64,000 bases of DNA from the human T2T-CHM13v2.0 reference genome, Homo sapiens, in the NCBI RefSeq assembly GCF_009914755.1, contig NC_060926.1; one strand, given 5' to 3'. A program made the translations under genes and the position numbers. This document shows positions 52,195 to 64,000 of the stretch, in pieces (the first letter of the stretch is position 1; each line of letters begins with the position of its first letter). Below the pieces are notes generated by a model that saw nothing but the letters and a program-made list of their open reading frames with translations, was not told the origin of the DNA and did not search any database.

Positions 52195-53578
52195 TTTTTA
52201 TAAAAAAGCAGGCATAAAATACAATTACATTACTACGAAGATGCAACAAAATTTTAAAAAAGAAAAAGGGGTGCAATTTTTTTCAGAGAGGACAGCTGAT
52301 CAAATATTTATAATTTTCTAAACCATGCAGTTCATTACTTATTACAATTCCAAACAAAACTCATTATTATGGGGATGGGAGTCAGGGAGAGGCCCCCCCC
52401 CAAGCATGATATCCAGCGCTGTCACACAGTGCTTATGTTCAAAGTGCTTACAAATGGTGTCTTCACAGCATAGGGAAGCTGAAGCCTTATTCCAGGGAAG
52501 GAGAGGTGAGTCAGTAGCAGTGTCAATGCAGACTCAGAAGCTCGGCAGTGACTTGCTCAAATCAGATTTTAGACACGATTTAAAGCATGTTTCAGTAAGG
52601 TTAATATAGTGTCCGAGTTTCTCTACTTTACCACCAGAATCCTAGAAGAGAGTAACAGCAGCAGCATAACTTCTTAAAACTGTGGTGTGGCAACCTAGAG
52701 TATTTCTGTTTAAGATCTATATATAAATGGATGCAAAATAGATACTTTAGAGCCAGATTCATGTAACTCTAACACAGGTTAGTTTTAAAGGCACTAACCT
52801 TTACTTTGGCTTTACTGGTATGCTTATCCATTAGTTAGCTGGAACATTTTAAAACTTTCATATAGATTTTTAAAACTTGTTTCTAGAGAACATGGTTTTT
52901 TAAAATTAATACTTTAAAAACATTCACTGTACATTAATTTCAACAGTAATACCGGCACCAGTTTTCCTTTCACTTCTGTCTCGTTATCCCCACAAAACAA
53001 AAGTAAAAAATCCAATAAGAAAATCCCAGTATTCATGATTTCTTAGTTCCCCATAGGAGGTATTTATGGTTCTAGGAGAAATCAGGTGTGAAGGAACAAG
53101 CAAATTTTAGTCTTATATTTATCTTGGAAGCTTCAGGGCCTCAAGAAAAATGAGAAACGAGCACAAAATCAGGTTGTTTTATATTTAATAAGTGTTGGGA
53201 AGAAAACACATTGATAGGTGCATGCACTCATGTATGTACATGAAAGCGGCAATGCGGTAAAAAGCGAATTCTTACCCAAGGTCAGAATTTTTTATTAAGC
53301 GCATTTTCATTAGTTGGACAAACAACCTTATAAACCCTTATGTCAAACCATATAATGTGAAGAATCTCCATGGGAGAGATTTTTTTTTCACCCTTCAGAA
53401 TTATCTTTTTCCCCTAAGACCTTCATATGAATCTTCCTTGTACAGTTGGTCACACCATGATTCCCCATATTCTCTAATATATACAGCATTCCAAATTTAA
53501 ACTTTTGCCTTTTTTACTCAAATATTTCAGTTACTCATATGTAAACTTGAAATTATTTCACCTTAATAAAGTTTATTA

Positions 53579-53582
<4 letters not shown>

Positions 53583-53612
<30 letters not shown>
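53583..53612. repeat. (TA)n microsatellite in the ROCK2 3'UTR
   Basis: Seen directly. Confidence 0.95.
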
Positions 53613-53613
<1 letters not shown>

Positions 53614-53997
53614 TCTCCAATTCAGAATAGGATAGAACCTCCCATAATGTAACAAAATCTTTATATAAAATATTAATTCAGTCTCCTTTTAACAACTCTA
53701 ATGAATGGAAATATTTATTCTATATAAATTTATATATTTTTCATTTTTTAATCTTACTTAAAAAAGAGCTATCCCCCAAAACCAGAGCTGCAGAACACAC
53801 CTGCAAAGGAAACGGCATGCACGTCTAGTCTGAGCACAGACAGCACAGCAGAGTGCAGACTGGAGAACGTTAAGAATAACAAAACCAGTTTCAGTCTATC
53901 AGTAGGCCAGTAGCTACTCTTCAGTTTCCACAATAGTATCTATTATGGGGATCTAACTTTTTAAATATCTCTAACTGACATCAGAGGGAATCAATGA

Positions 53998-54377
<380 letters not shown>

Positions 54378-55842
54378 TAAAGAGAGACTGTTAAAAGACT
54401 TCATAATATAAAAAAAAACAAAAACAAAAACAAAAAAAAAACTTTACGCTTACCATTGCTGCATATTGTTGCAGTATAAAACACACACTTATCTGGGATC
54501 ATGAGAATACGGCAAGAATGTCCTGCGTAAACTGTAACTTTGACAGCATTTAAAAAATAAAAATCAAATTAAGTGCCTTTGAGGCCACTTCTTCCCAGTT
54601 GCCAGTTTTCTTAACCCGGTACTAAAATACTGCCACACACAGCTGCATGTCTGAGGATCATATTTAAATATTTAAAATGCATCTACAGTCTGTCTTAGTT
54701 TTCTTTATATTTGGGAAAAATTTTGAATCTTAAGTGTGAAAATGTAATCACAAATGTCTTTACCAGGAATAAAAACACATCTAGGGTAGCCAGCAAATTT
54801 AAAGCAAATAAAATATTTTGTAGTCACAGACTAATACTGAGGTCTGTAAAAAGAGTTGAATGAATAATAGACAGACATCAAGGATATATTAGTTCCAACA
54901 CCATCCATTATTGTTTCTATAACCAATAATACTTTAAAAACATTTGTTAATCAAAATAGGCTGACATTGATATAACTATTTATGTGTAAAAATAGTGCAC
55001 GATTTATCTTCCACAAAGCTAGTTTACATCCTAAGAGCTGGTAAACGCTTTTTTTGTTTTTTAATACAGACAGGGCTGAGACTTTGAAAAAAATTAAATT
55101 AAGGCATTCAAAATGGGTAAAGTTGCCTATCATGAAGCATTAGGAAACTGATATAATTAACTTTAAACTTCTTGTTACAGTAACTGCTTAAACATGAACA
55201 TGCAACTTCCATCAGGTACACAGGAATGAGTGATATAAACTCCAACATTATGGCTTTATACAAGTGCATAGTTGCAACTGCAGCAAGTAATGATATCTGA
55301 TTAATGTGTATAAAAAATAAAGTGGGAAGTTTAAAAAACCTTCTTGCAGTATTAGAGTACTATATATATATATATATGTGTGTGTGTTTATATATATATA
55401 CACAGTATAATGGTCACTTCTTAAAGATGCAGTCAATATCACTGTAGTGGAATCCATTCCCAGATTCTTCTGGTAAATGTGCTGGTGAAACCTCTCTGTT
55501 GAAGCTAGAAAAGATGTTTTCTTTAGCCTTTAACTCTTCTCAATCCTTGTGTGCACTGTAGTGTGAGCGACTGCCGAGAGAGCTTTATGGAAAAGTCTGG
55601 AAGAGTTGCATATATCCTTAGTCTATCAACCAATCATTGTTGGTTCAACCTGTTGCTTCAAAGGAGCCCAGATTTGTAATTTATATTACAGGGAAAAGGG
55701 GAACACATATATGTATGAGTGTATGTATCAGTCTCTCAGGAAAATATAGCTTTTTAATAAATTTTGGGCCATCATATTTCAGTCTTGTTTTCACTGGAAG
55801 AATACGATCACCTTGAATAATGACTGCTTTCATAGAAGGCAG

Positions 55843-55846
55843 TTAG
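55843..55846 (-). CDS. ROCK2: ROCK2 terminal exon coding part: C + TAA (completes the final Ser of ...NKPS)
   Basis: Minus-strand acceptor TTTATTTTTTCCTTTCTTTTCAG|CTAACTGCCTTCTATG. Matches my recollection of the ROCK2 stop context and the known SLC66A3-ROCK2 adjacency. Upstream coding exons are outside the window. Confidence 0.85.
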
Positions 55847-57087
55847 CTGAAAAGAAAGGAAAAATAAAGTTAGTTGATACAGTGAAATAATTTAAGAGTG
55901 TTAAATTCCTAGAAAAAGCATTCCATTCACATTATTAAACTATATAGTCTTCCAGCTACTATATTTTTTAACACTAAAATCATGCATAAACATACTTACT
56001 GTATTACTTTTCCTATAGGTACAACATGCAATTATATTCTTTCCCAAAACAACTTGGGATTTTGGAATATTAGCTACACACATTACACACACATTTTAAT
56101 ATGGTTAACAAGCTATTAGGGTTAAACAATATACCACAGAATAACTTAGAAGATAAAGTTTGATTTGGGGTTTAACTGCCAGCTGCCTCATGTAGCTGAA
56201 AGGGAAATGGGCCTATTGATCAGGTTCTACTTGGCTGTTCAACCCTAAGCCACATTTTGTTTTTCTATAAGATAGGACCAACTACATTGTTGTAGTAAAT
56301 ATATACAAGCTACTCTATGAAATCTGATTATAAATAGATACCAGTACTACCTGATTTATGTTTTGCAACTTGCTTACTTACTTAGACTAAAACACACATT
56401 ATTTCTTTTAAATCCTTCTATGTAAAAGGTTTAACTTGAGGCTCAACTTTCATTCAAATCTCCTTTAGCCACTATTAACCAAACTATTTTACATTTTCTA
56501 AAAGCACAATTCTCACAGCGTATCACTGACATTCTTCAGCAAGGGTAACATTAAATTCTCACAAAGCAAACATTTCACAGCACCACACACAAAAATGCCA
56601 AATCAGAAATAGCTATTTCACAGCACTTATTAGACTTATAAAGTTTTTATGCTTTCAATTCTTGCAAGTTGGAAATAAAAGGAGAGAGATGGAGAAAGGA
56701 ATCTCATGCTATGTTCACAAACTAATATAGCTGTAGGAACTTGAAAACGTTGTAAATTTTACTTCTCTTCTGAATATGGCTTCTTTGGAATGAACAGAAC
56801 GTATCAGAATTAACTCCTTTTGTGATTTCTACATCTCATTCCTAAGATAAATTCTAATTGTACTAAAAATTTATAGCCAATAAAGAATCTGAACATAGCA
56901 TTTCACTTTTACACTTAACATGTAAATTTCAGTTAGCAACTTTTCGAAAACTACTTTTAACTATATACTATTAAAAACAAGTTTCAAAAATAAAAAATAA
57001 TGAAAGCCCAAGTGGCAAACCACATGCACTACGTTGAAGTACTAAAATAACTGATTTTTCATTTTTTGATTTACCCCATTTATTTCT

Positions 57088-57178
57088 TCAGAAATCAAAA
57101 ACATCGTCATCATCATCACCACCACCATCAACATCATCAAATGACCAATCCCAGTCTTTAAATGCCAAATCAAGCAAT
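57088..57178 (-). CDS. ROCK2: Candidate alternative ROCK2 C-terminal exon: (R)LLDLAFKDWDWSFDDVDGGGDDDDDVFDF*
   Basis: Acceptor CCTCCTATTGCAG|A at 57178. Open in the same phase (2) as the canonical last exon. TGA at 57090-57088, then AATAAA and a GGG|GTAAAT donor at 57074. Confidence 0.6.
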
Positions 57179-59579
57179 CTGCAATAGGAGGTTTGTAAAT
57201 TTATACTCTAACACTCTTTAGAAACTGTAACTTAATGTTATGACTTAGAAATCATACTTTGAATGTGCTTGTAAGCATTTTAATTTTCCCTTCATGGATA
57301 ACAACAAGATTAAAATTAAGACGGACGCACATAGGGAAGCCTTGCCCTTTATATATAAATGCATATAATCATGTTGGCCAAGTACACTTTCCAGATATTT
57401 GAAGACAGCGATCATATTTGGGATAATAAGAAACAATCTGCTTCTCCCTCCTCACTCCCATACCCCAGATAAACACATAACCATCCTGATGCCCAGTTTG
57501 ATTTGAGAATTATGAAAGCACATTTGTCAATGTTCCCCTTCACCAAAGTGGTCAGATTGTCAGCTCAGTTTTTCCATCATAGCACCAAAAACCATGGGGT
57601 AAAAAGGGAGTAATAGAATAAGAAAGCAGCTTTCTGAATTCCAGTAGGACCCTGCCTGCTCAATGTGTCACCAAGAGCTTTGTCCTGCATATGAAAAACT
57701 AGGGACAAGGGAAAAGCCACAGGTACATAAGTAGCATTAGCAAGTCATCTTGGCTAAATTGGACTTAGAGTTGGGATATATGTGGTCTTTTCTTTCTAAT
57801 TCAATAACCTAAACTGTAATATTGCTATCATCTTTGTTTTTAAAAATAGCCACCTGGCCAGATGCGGTGGCTCACGTCTGTAATCCCAGCACTTTGGGAG
57901 GCTGAGGCGGGCAGATCACCTGAGGTGAGGAGTTCAAGACCAGCCTGGCCAACATGGTGAAACCATGTCTCTACTAAAAATACAAAAATTAGCTGGGCAT
58001 GGTGGCAGGTGCCTGTAATCACAGCTACTCAGGAGGCTGAGGCAGGAGAGTCACTTGAATCCAGGAGGCGGAAGTTGTAGTGAGCCGAGATCGTGCCATT
58101 GCACTCCAGCCTGGGGAACAAGAGTGAGACTTCGTCTCAAAAAATTAATAAATAAATAAAAATAAAAATAAATAAATAATAAAAAAAAAGCAGTAACTTT
58201 TTCATTTTTAAAACTGTGGTGTTCATGAATCAACTTGTGCCAAGGAACTCATCTGGTCCCCAAAGTCTCACCTGTAATCACTATTGTCAGTGGTTCTTAT
58301 TTACACACTTCTAAAGTAAGAAACTTTAGTGTATATGATTTACCTACTGCTCTTTATAAGGCCTCATTCCAAGAGATTTAGATATGACTGAAAAGGGCCC
58401 AAATATTTGCATTTTCAAATAAAAAACCTGAGGCGATTTCTGATACAGCTGGTTAACTTTGAGAAACACTGACAGAATAGGTTAATGGATGATTACTCTA
58501 ATTTAAAATAAACACAGCGACTCAAATTACTCTTTTAAAATGTGCTAAACACAGCACAACATTTGAGAAAACACACAAACAGATATAATTACTCACTGAA
58601 CACATATCGCAACCTGGCACACACTCACTTCTCTAGACTTATATATAATGTAACTTATAGCCATAGTTTCAGCTCTACTGCTTGGGAGATTGTGATCAGC
58701 AGGCCTTCCAGGGCATCCAAGCCTCAGCTTTAGCATAGGTTAGGAGAAAGCTGCATTGCATACCCTTTCAAAACCTTTGAAGTGTGTGCCAGTGTCACAA
58801 TCTCAAATTTAAGTCTAATCGCTAGATGCGACTGTAGTGTATGACGAGACTTCCCTTACAACCCTCTCCCTCATCCCTTCGAATCAGTCATCTAATTCTA
58901 GTTATTTCAACTGAAGAAATCTTTCCAAATCCAGGTTTATTTTCTTCGTTTTCATTGTCAAGTACTCAGTTCAGGATCTCATTAAGCCTGAATACCAATC
59001 CCTTACTGAAAGACTTCTACTTATAAATCAAAACTCCTAAGCACAGTGTACATGGAGCTTTTCAGTTGGGTTCAGACTTTCTCTCTAGTGTCACATCATC
59101 TTTTACCACTCCCTACCCTTGCCTTCTCCCAACGCCAAGCCAACACAAAATTACAAATACATAAGTAATTCTGATGACTTTGTACCTCTGCACATGACAT
59201 TTTGCTTGGAACTGATTTTCCCTTATTTGTCTGCTTGTAAAATTATCCATCCTCCATTGTTTGAGATCTTTCTTAATGTCCTCAGGCAGAATTCTCCATG
59301 CTTCCCTCGTTTCCCCAAGCGCTCTGTTCATCCCTATATTATAAACAGCATTTTACATAGTACTGTAATTGCCTGTTGCTTGACTGTCTCCACCATTAAC
59401 AGGGATATAGTTCAGGCCTGCGAAACTTATTGTCAAAGATGCTTTGGAAAGAGTGCATTTAATTTGGAGTTCTACCAGCAGTCCACAAAAGTACCCATTT
59501 CGTTTCTTAACCCGTGCCAGTTTGGCAGGTGAAAAATGGTTTTATGTTATAGTTTTAATTTAATGCTAATTTCTTAATA

Positions 59580-59923
59580 CAGTAGTCCCCCCATATCCTT
59601 GTCTTCACTTTCCATGGTTTCAAGTTACCAGTGGTGAACCACAGTCTGAAAACATTAAATAGAAAAGCTCAAAACAACTTAGAAGTTTTAAACTGCCCAA
59701 CGTTGTAAACAGCGTGATGACATCTTGTGCCATCCCACTCTGTCCTGCCTGGGATGTGAGTCATCCCTTTGTCCAGCATATCCATGCTTGTTAGTCACTT
59801 ACTAATGGTCTTCATTATCAGATTTTAAAAAATTGTATGTGTACGGTCCAGTACTATTCGTGATTCCAGGCATCCACTGGGGGTCTTGGACTACATATCC
59901 CTTGAGATAAAGGGGGACTACTG
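59580..59923. mobile_element. MER44-type (Tigger) non-autonomous DNA transposon
   Basis: TIRs CAGTAGTCCCCC / GGGGGACTACTG flanked by TA on both sides. 344 bp. Confidence 0.85.
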
Positions 59924-61052
59924 TAATCAGGCTGATCACTTTTTTTTACATTTAACAGCTATTTCCATAATAATGCCTGCATGCGCCTCATTAATTTTGT
60001 ATGGGGATGAGGCAATCTTTTTTCTCAATGATTTATAAGAACTTTTCGTATGTGAAGATACTAACTCATCTTTCTCATATATTTTGGAAATACATGGTGT
60101 TTTTTAAATTTACAAGGCTTTACTTTTGGGGTAGTTGATCTTTGGCTTTGTTTTCTTTGCTTTTATTATTTGGAAGTTCTTCCCCAATTCAAGATCAGGT
60201 ATATATTCACCTATGGATTTATTTTTGACACTTCAAATTGTATATAACTTCATTATTTTCCCAAGTAGACTGTTAATTCTTTAACATTTAGAAATGAGGA
60301 AGAGCAAAGATAAGATAATAATGACACAATAGCTACTTCCTCCTTTAAGTTTTAACTGTGCTGCCATGTTTTACACTTCTTAAAACTCGGTAAGTGAGCA
60401 TTTGTTACATTTTTGCTTTATACTTTTCTGCATGCATTAAATACTGCGTTAAAAAAAATCTTTAAAAGAAAAATAATTAAAGAGAAATACCCTCTAGCCA
60501 AACTGGTATATAATTTTTTTTTTTTTTTTTTTTTTTGTGTGACGGAGTCTCGCTCTGTTGCCTAGGTTGGAGTGCAGTGGTGCGATCTCGGCTTACTGCA
60601 ACCTCCACCTCCTGGGTTCAAGCAATTCTCTGCCTCAGCCTCCCCAGTAGCTGGGATTACAGGCGCCTGACACCACGCCTGGCTAATTTTTGTATTTTTA
60701 GTAGAGATGGGGTTTCACCATCTTGGCCAGGCTTGTCTTGAACTCCTGACCTCAGGTGATCCACCTGCCTTGGCCTCCCAAAGTGCTGGGATTACAGGTG
60801 TGAGCCACCGCGCCCAGCCCAGACTGGTATATTTTTATCTTGCATTGAAACAAATTAGGACTCCCCAAATTGTCTTCATCAAAAATTAGCATTTTATTCA
60901 CAAATTTCCTACTTTTCCAGTATGGCATTTTAATTTTAATTCAAAAGTACCAAGAAAACATTCCTGTAGAATAGCATTTCTATACATTATTTTTATGAAC
61001 TGTCAATTAATTTCTAGTCTTATTTTATTTTTTTTTTATTTTTATTTTTTGA

Positions 61053-61211
<159 letters not shown>

Positions 61212-62060
61212 TAGTAGAGATGGGGTTTCACTGTGTTAGCCAGGATGGTCTCGATCTCCTGACCACGTGATCCACCTGCCTCGGCCTCCCAAAGTGCTAA
61301 TTTTGTAGGGTGCATGTCTGTAATCCCAACTACTCAGAAGGCTGAGGCAGGAGAATTGCTTGAACCTGGAAGGTGGAGGGTTAGGGTGAACCGAGATCAC
61401 GCCACTACACTCCAGCCTGGGTGACAGAGTGAGACGTCATGTCACAAAAAAAAAGAAAAAAGAAGAGAAAAAGATGTAATGATGTAATGGCAGATGACCA
61501 CAAAGAAAGACACAGAGGAAAAGTTACCAAAAATGGTTAAGTGAACATTTATGGGTTCACTTTATATTTGATGTATCTAACAAAGCCAAACTTTGTTTTA
61601 AGAAGGATACCATGTCAAATTAGTTCAACTAAAGCTAGATTGACTAATGCTAAGACTAATATTAAACAAACTCAAATGAACAGCTAGATGTTAGATCACT
61701 GCTGAGACACACCAGCAATTCTGTGCCTCTGTTTTCTTGGATGACCCTTTACCATTTCCACCCATTTGTATACTGAATGGGCTTTAGTCCAGTAGAATGT
61801 TAAAAACCATCCAGCCTGAGGCTTGATTCCTCCCTGGAACCATGCTACTCAATGAGATTTACAATTTGCCTCTCTGATTGGTTCTTCTTCTAATACATCT
61901 TCCAAGGAAAAGGTCTTTAACTGTTTAGTGCTATTTATGATCTCTCACACTTTCAAATAATGTCTTTAGAGAACAAAATATCCTCAGTTCCTTCGCTTGC
62001 TACATAATACTTTCAAATGACATACTGCAACCTCTGTTATTCTCATCTATATACCATTCA

Positions 62061-62222
<162 letters not shown>

Positions 62223-62699
62223 CTACAGAAAATAAAAACAAAAAAAAATTAGCCAGGTGTCATGGTGCATGTATGTGGTCCCACCTACTCTGGGAGGCTG
62301 AGGTGGGAGAATAATCAGTTGGGCCTGGGAGGTCAAGGCTGCAGTGAGTCATGATCGTGCCATTGCACTCCAGCCTGGGCAACAGAGTGAGACCCTGTCT
62401 CAATAATAATAATAATAATAATAAAATGCAGGTTGATTGATTCATGTAAGAGATACAGACACAATGCTAGGAGTACATGAAACAATGGAGACTCAAATGC
62501 CAAAAACAATGGAAATAATGTTGCAGATGTACAACAAAATCCAAATTATATTATAAATGTGACCACCTTTATGTTTAGAATTTCAAAGAATGTATTAAAT
62601 GAATTTTTTCACAAAATATACACTACACATTTTACAGTCAATTTTGATATTAGTTTTATTTACATGCAGATATGAGGGAAAGAAATCCTTACTACTTAC

Positions 62700-62704
62700 C
62701 GTTG
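62700..62704 (-). other. ROCK2: Candidate 5-nt ROCK2 microexon CAACG
   Basis: Minus strand TTTTGTCATAG|CAACG|GTAAGT, with a 105-nt AG-free upstream zone and UGCAUG and ACUAAU downstream. Confidence 0.5.
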
Positions 62705-64000
62705 CTATGACAAAATGTGTTTTTTAAAAAAATCAATGAAGAATGATTCACAGGGCAAGGCCAGAAGTTTTTAAAAAAAAAAAAAAGTAACAAAAATCAA
62801 AAGTAAATGTACTCTCAAATAGACCATAATGCTGATTTGGACTGGGAAAGGAAGGTATTTGTAAGTCAGTGTACATAAAAACAGCCTGTTACATAACTGG
62901 GAGCGTGCCTCATAAACTAATTCCATATATGTTATCGTATGTAGTGAAATCATTAATGTGTCAAATAGCACAAAAGAAAAAAATGTATCAAAAGGATATT
63001 TGGAGTTATTATAGTTCTAGATCTAGACAAACCCCTTCTGGAGTCTTAATCAAAAACAAATATAACAATACCTATTCTATTCCATAGGACTATTTTAAAG
63101 AGCAAATGAGATAATATATAAGAAGTTAAATGAGAGAAAAGAATACACAGAGAAGTACTTTGGAAACTGAAATCACTACACACTATAAGGTATTAAAATA
63201 CCATTTAAGCATTAATAGTTCTACAATATTAATAATAGAAATTTAATTTTCAGATGTTTTACAGAAGGCACTTGAAATGGCCTTCAGTGTCTCTGAATTC
63301 TGAGTTTCTTTAGCTTTAGTCAATAATCATTAATTTTGTTTAGTTTTATCATACCTCACACAAAATATTCAACATTTTCACTGCTGAAACACCAATTCTG
63401 CCTTTGTCATTCTAAATTATTTCCTTGAGAGATTAGTTTCAGAAAGTTTCATCTAAGATGTTTGTGATTAGAATTTCTGACAATACAGCCAATGCTATCA
63501 ATATTCATATACTGAAGGTCCTGTGTTAGGGAACCAAAAGGATACCTGAAATCAGATACCTGATCAAAGGATATGCTTTTTCCTTTAGCTAACCAAATTC
63601 TTGTGTTCATTTCATGTTCAATGGATAGCAATGTTTATAAATGCTGAAGTAGTTAGTAAGCCAAGAAATGGCTATTGTGAATCACGATATTTAACTAAAG
63701 GACTTTCACATAGCTATCCGAAAATGGCTCCATCAAAATGTTTTTGTGCATAATGATCATCCCTGACCTTACTCCATTTTCCTAACTCTACCTCAATTCC
63801 AAGGAATAACCACTTTACCCATTAGCTAATATTTGCATTTTTAAAGCTGGTCTATGTTGCTGTTAAAATCACACTCAAGTTACTGTTTTAAATTTATAGA
63901 TTTGATTTAAAACTTAAGCTGATTTTAAACCTGCCTCCCAAGTCACCCAACATAATAAAAGCTTATAATATGAAACACAGTGTGTGCACTTGACAATGTG

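Noticed and set aside
56376-56388. Another AG|TCTAA|GTAAGT 5-nt microexon-like pattern on the minus strand
   Set aside because: AG-free zone of only about 16 nt, weak pyrimidine tract and no flanking motifs. It shows such patterns arise by chance in AT-rich introns.

Overview
Human genomic DNA, recognisable from its encoded proteins as the 2p25.1 region. It holds the complete 3-exon CIMIP5 (C2orf50) gene (+, 162 aa), the complete 7-exon SLC66A3 (PQLC3) gene (+, 202 aa, CpG-island promoter) and the convergent 3' end of ROCK2 (-: long 3'UTR, a terminal exon with only 4 coding nt, and part of the last intron). Exons were rebuilt by hand from splice signals, and the frames of both complete genes close exactly. 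The background is dense in Alu, L1, MaLR/ERV LTR and MER repeats, with an antisense SVA inside an Alu and a consensus-matching AluYa5. Main observations: (1) the ROCK2 last intron contains a candidate 104-nt exon encoding an acidic aromatic C-terminal tail, plus a candidate 5-nt microexon with RBFOX and QKI motifs; combinations of them would give ROCK2 up to four different C-termini. (2) SLC66A3 intron 3 is a U12-type (minor spliceosome) intron. Most ORF-track entries are Alu- or GC-derived noise. Gene names and repeat families come from recognition, not database searches.
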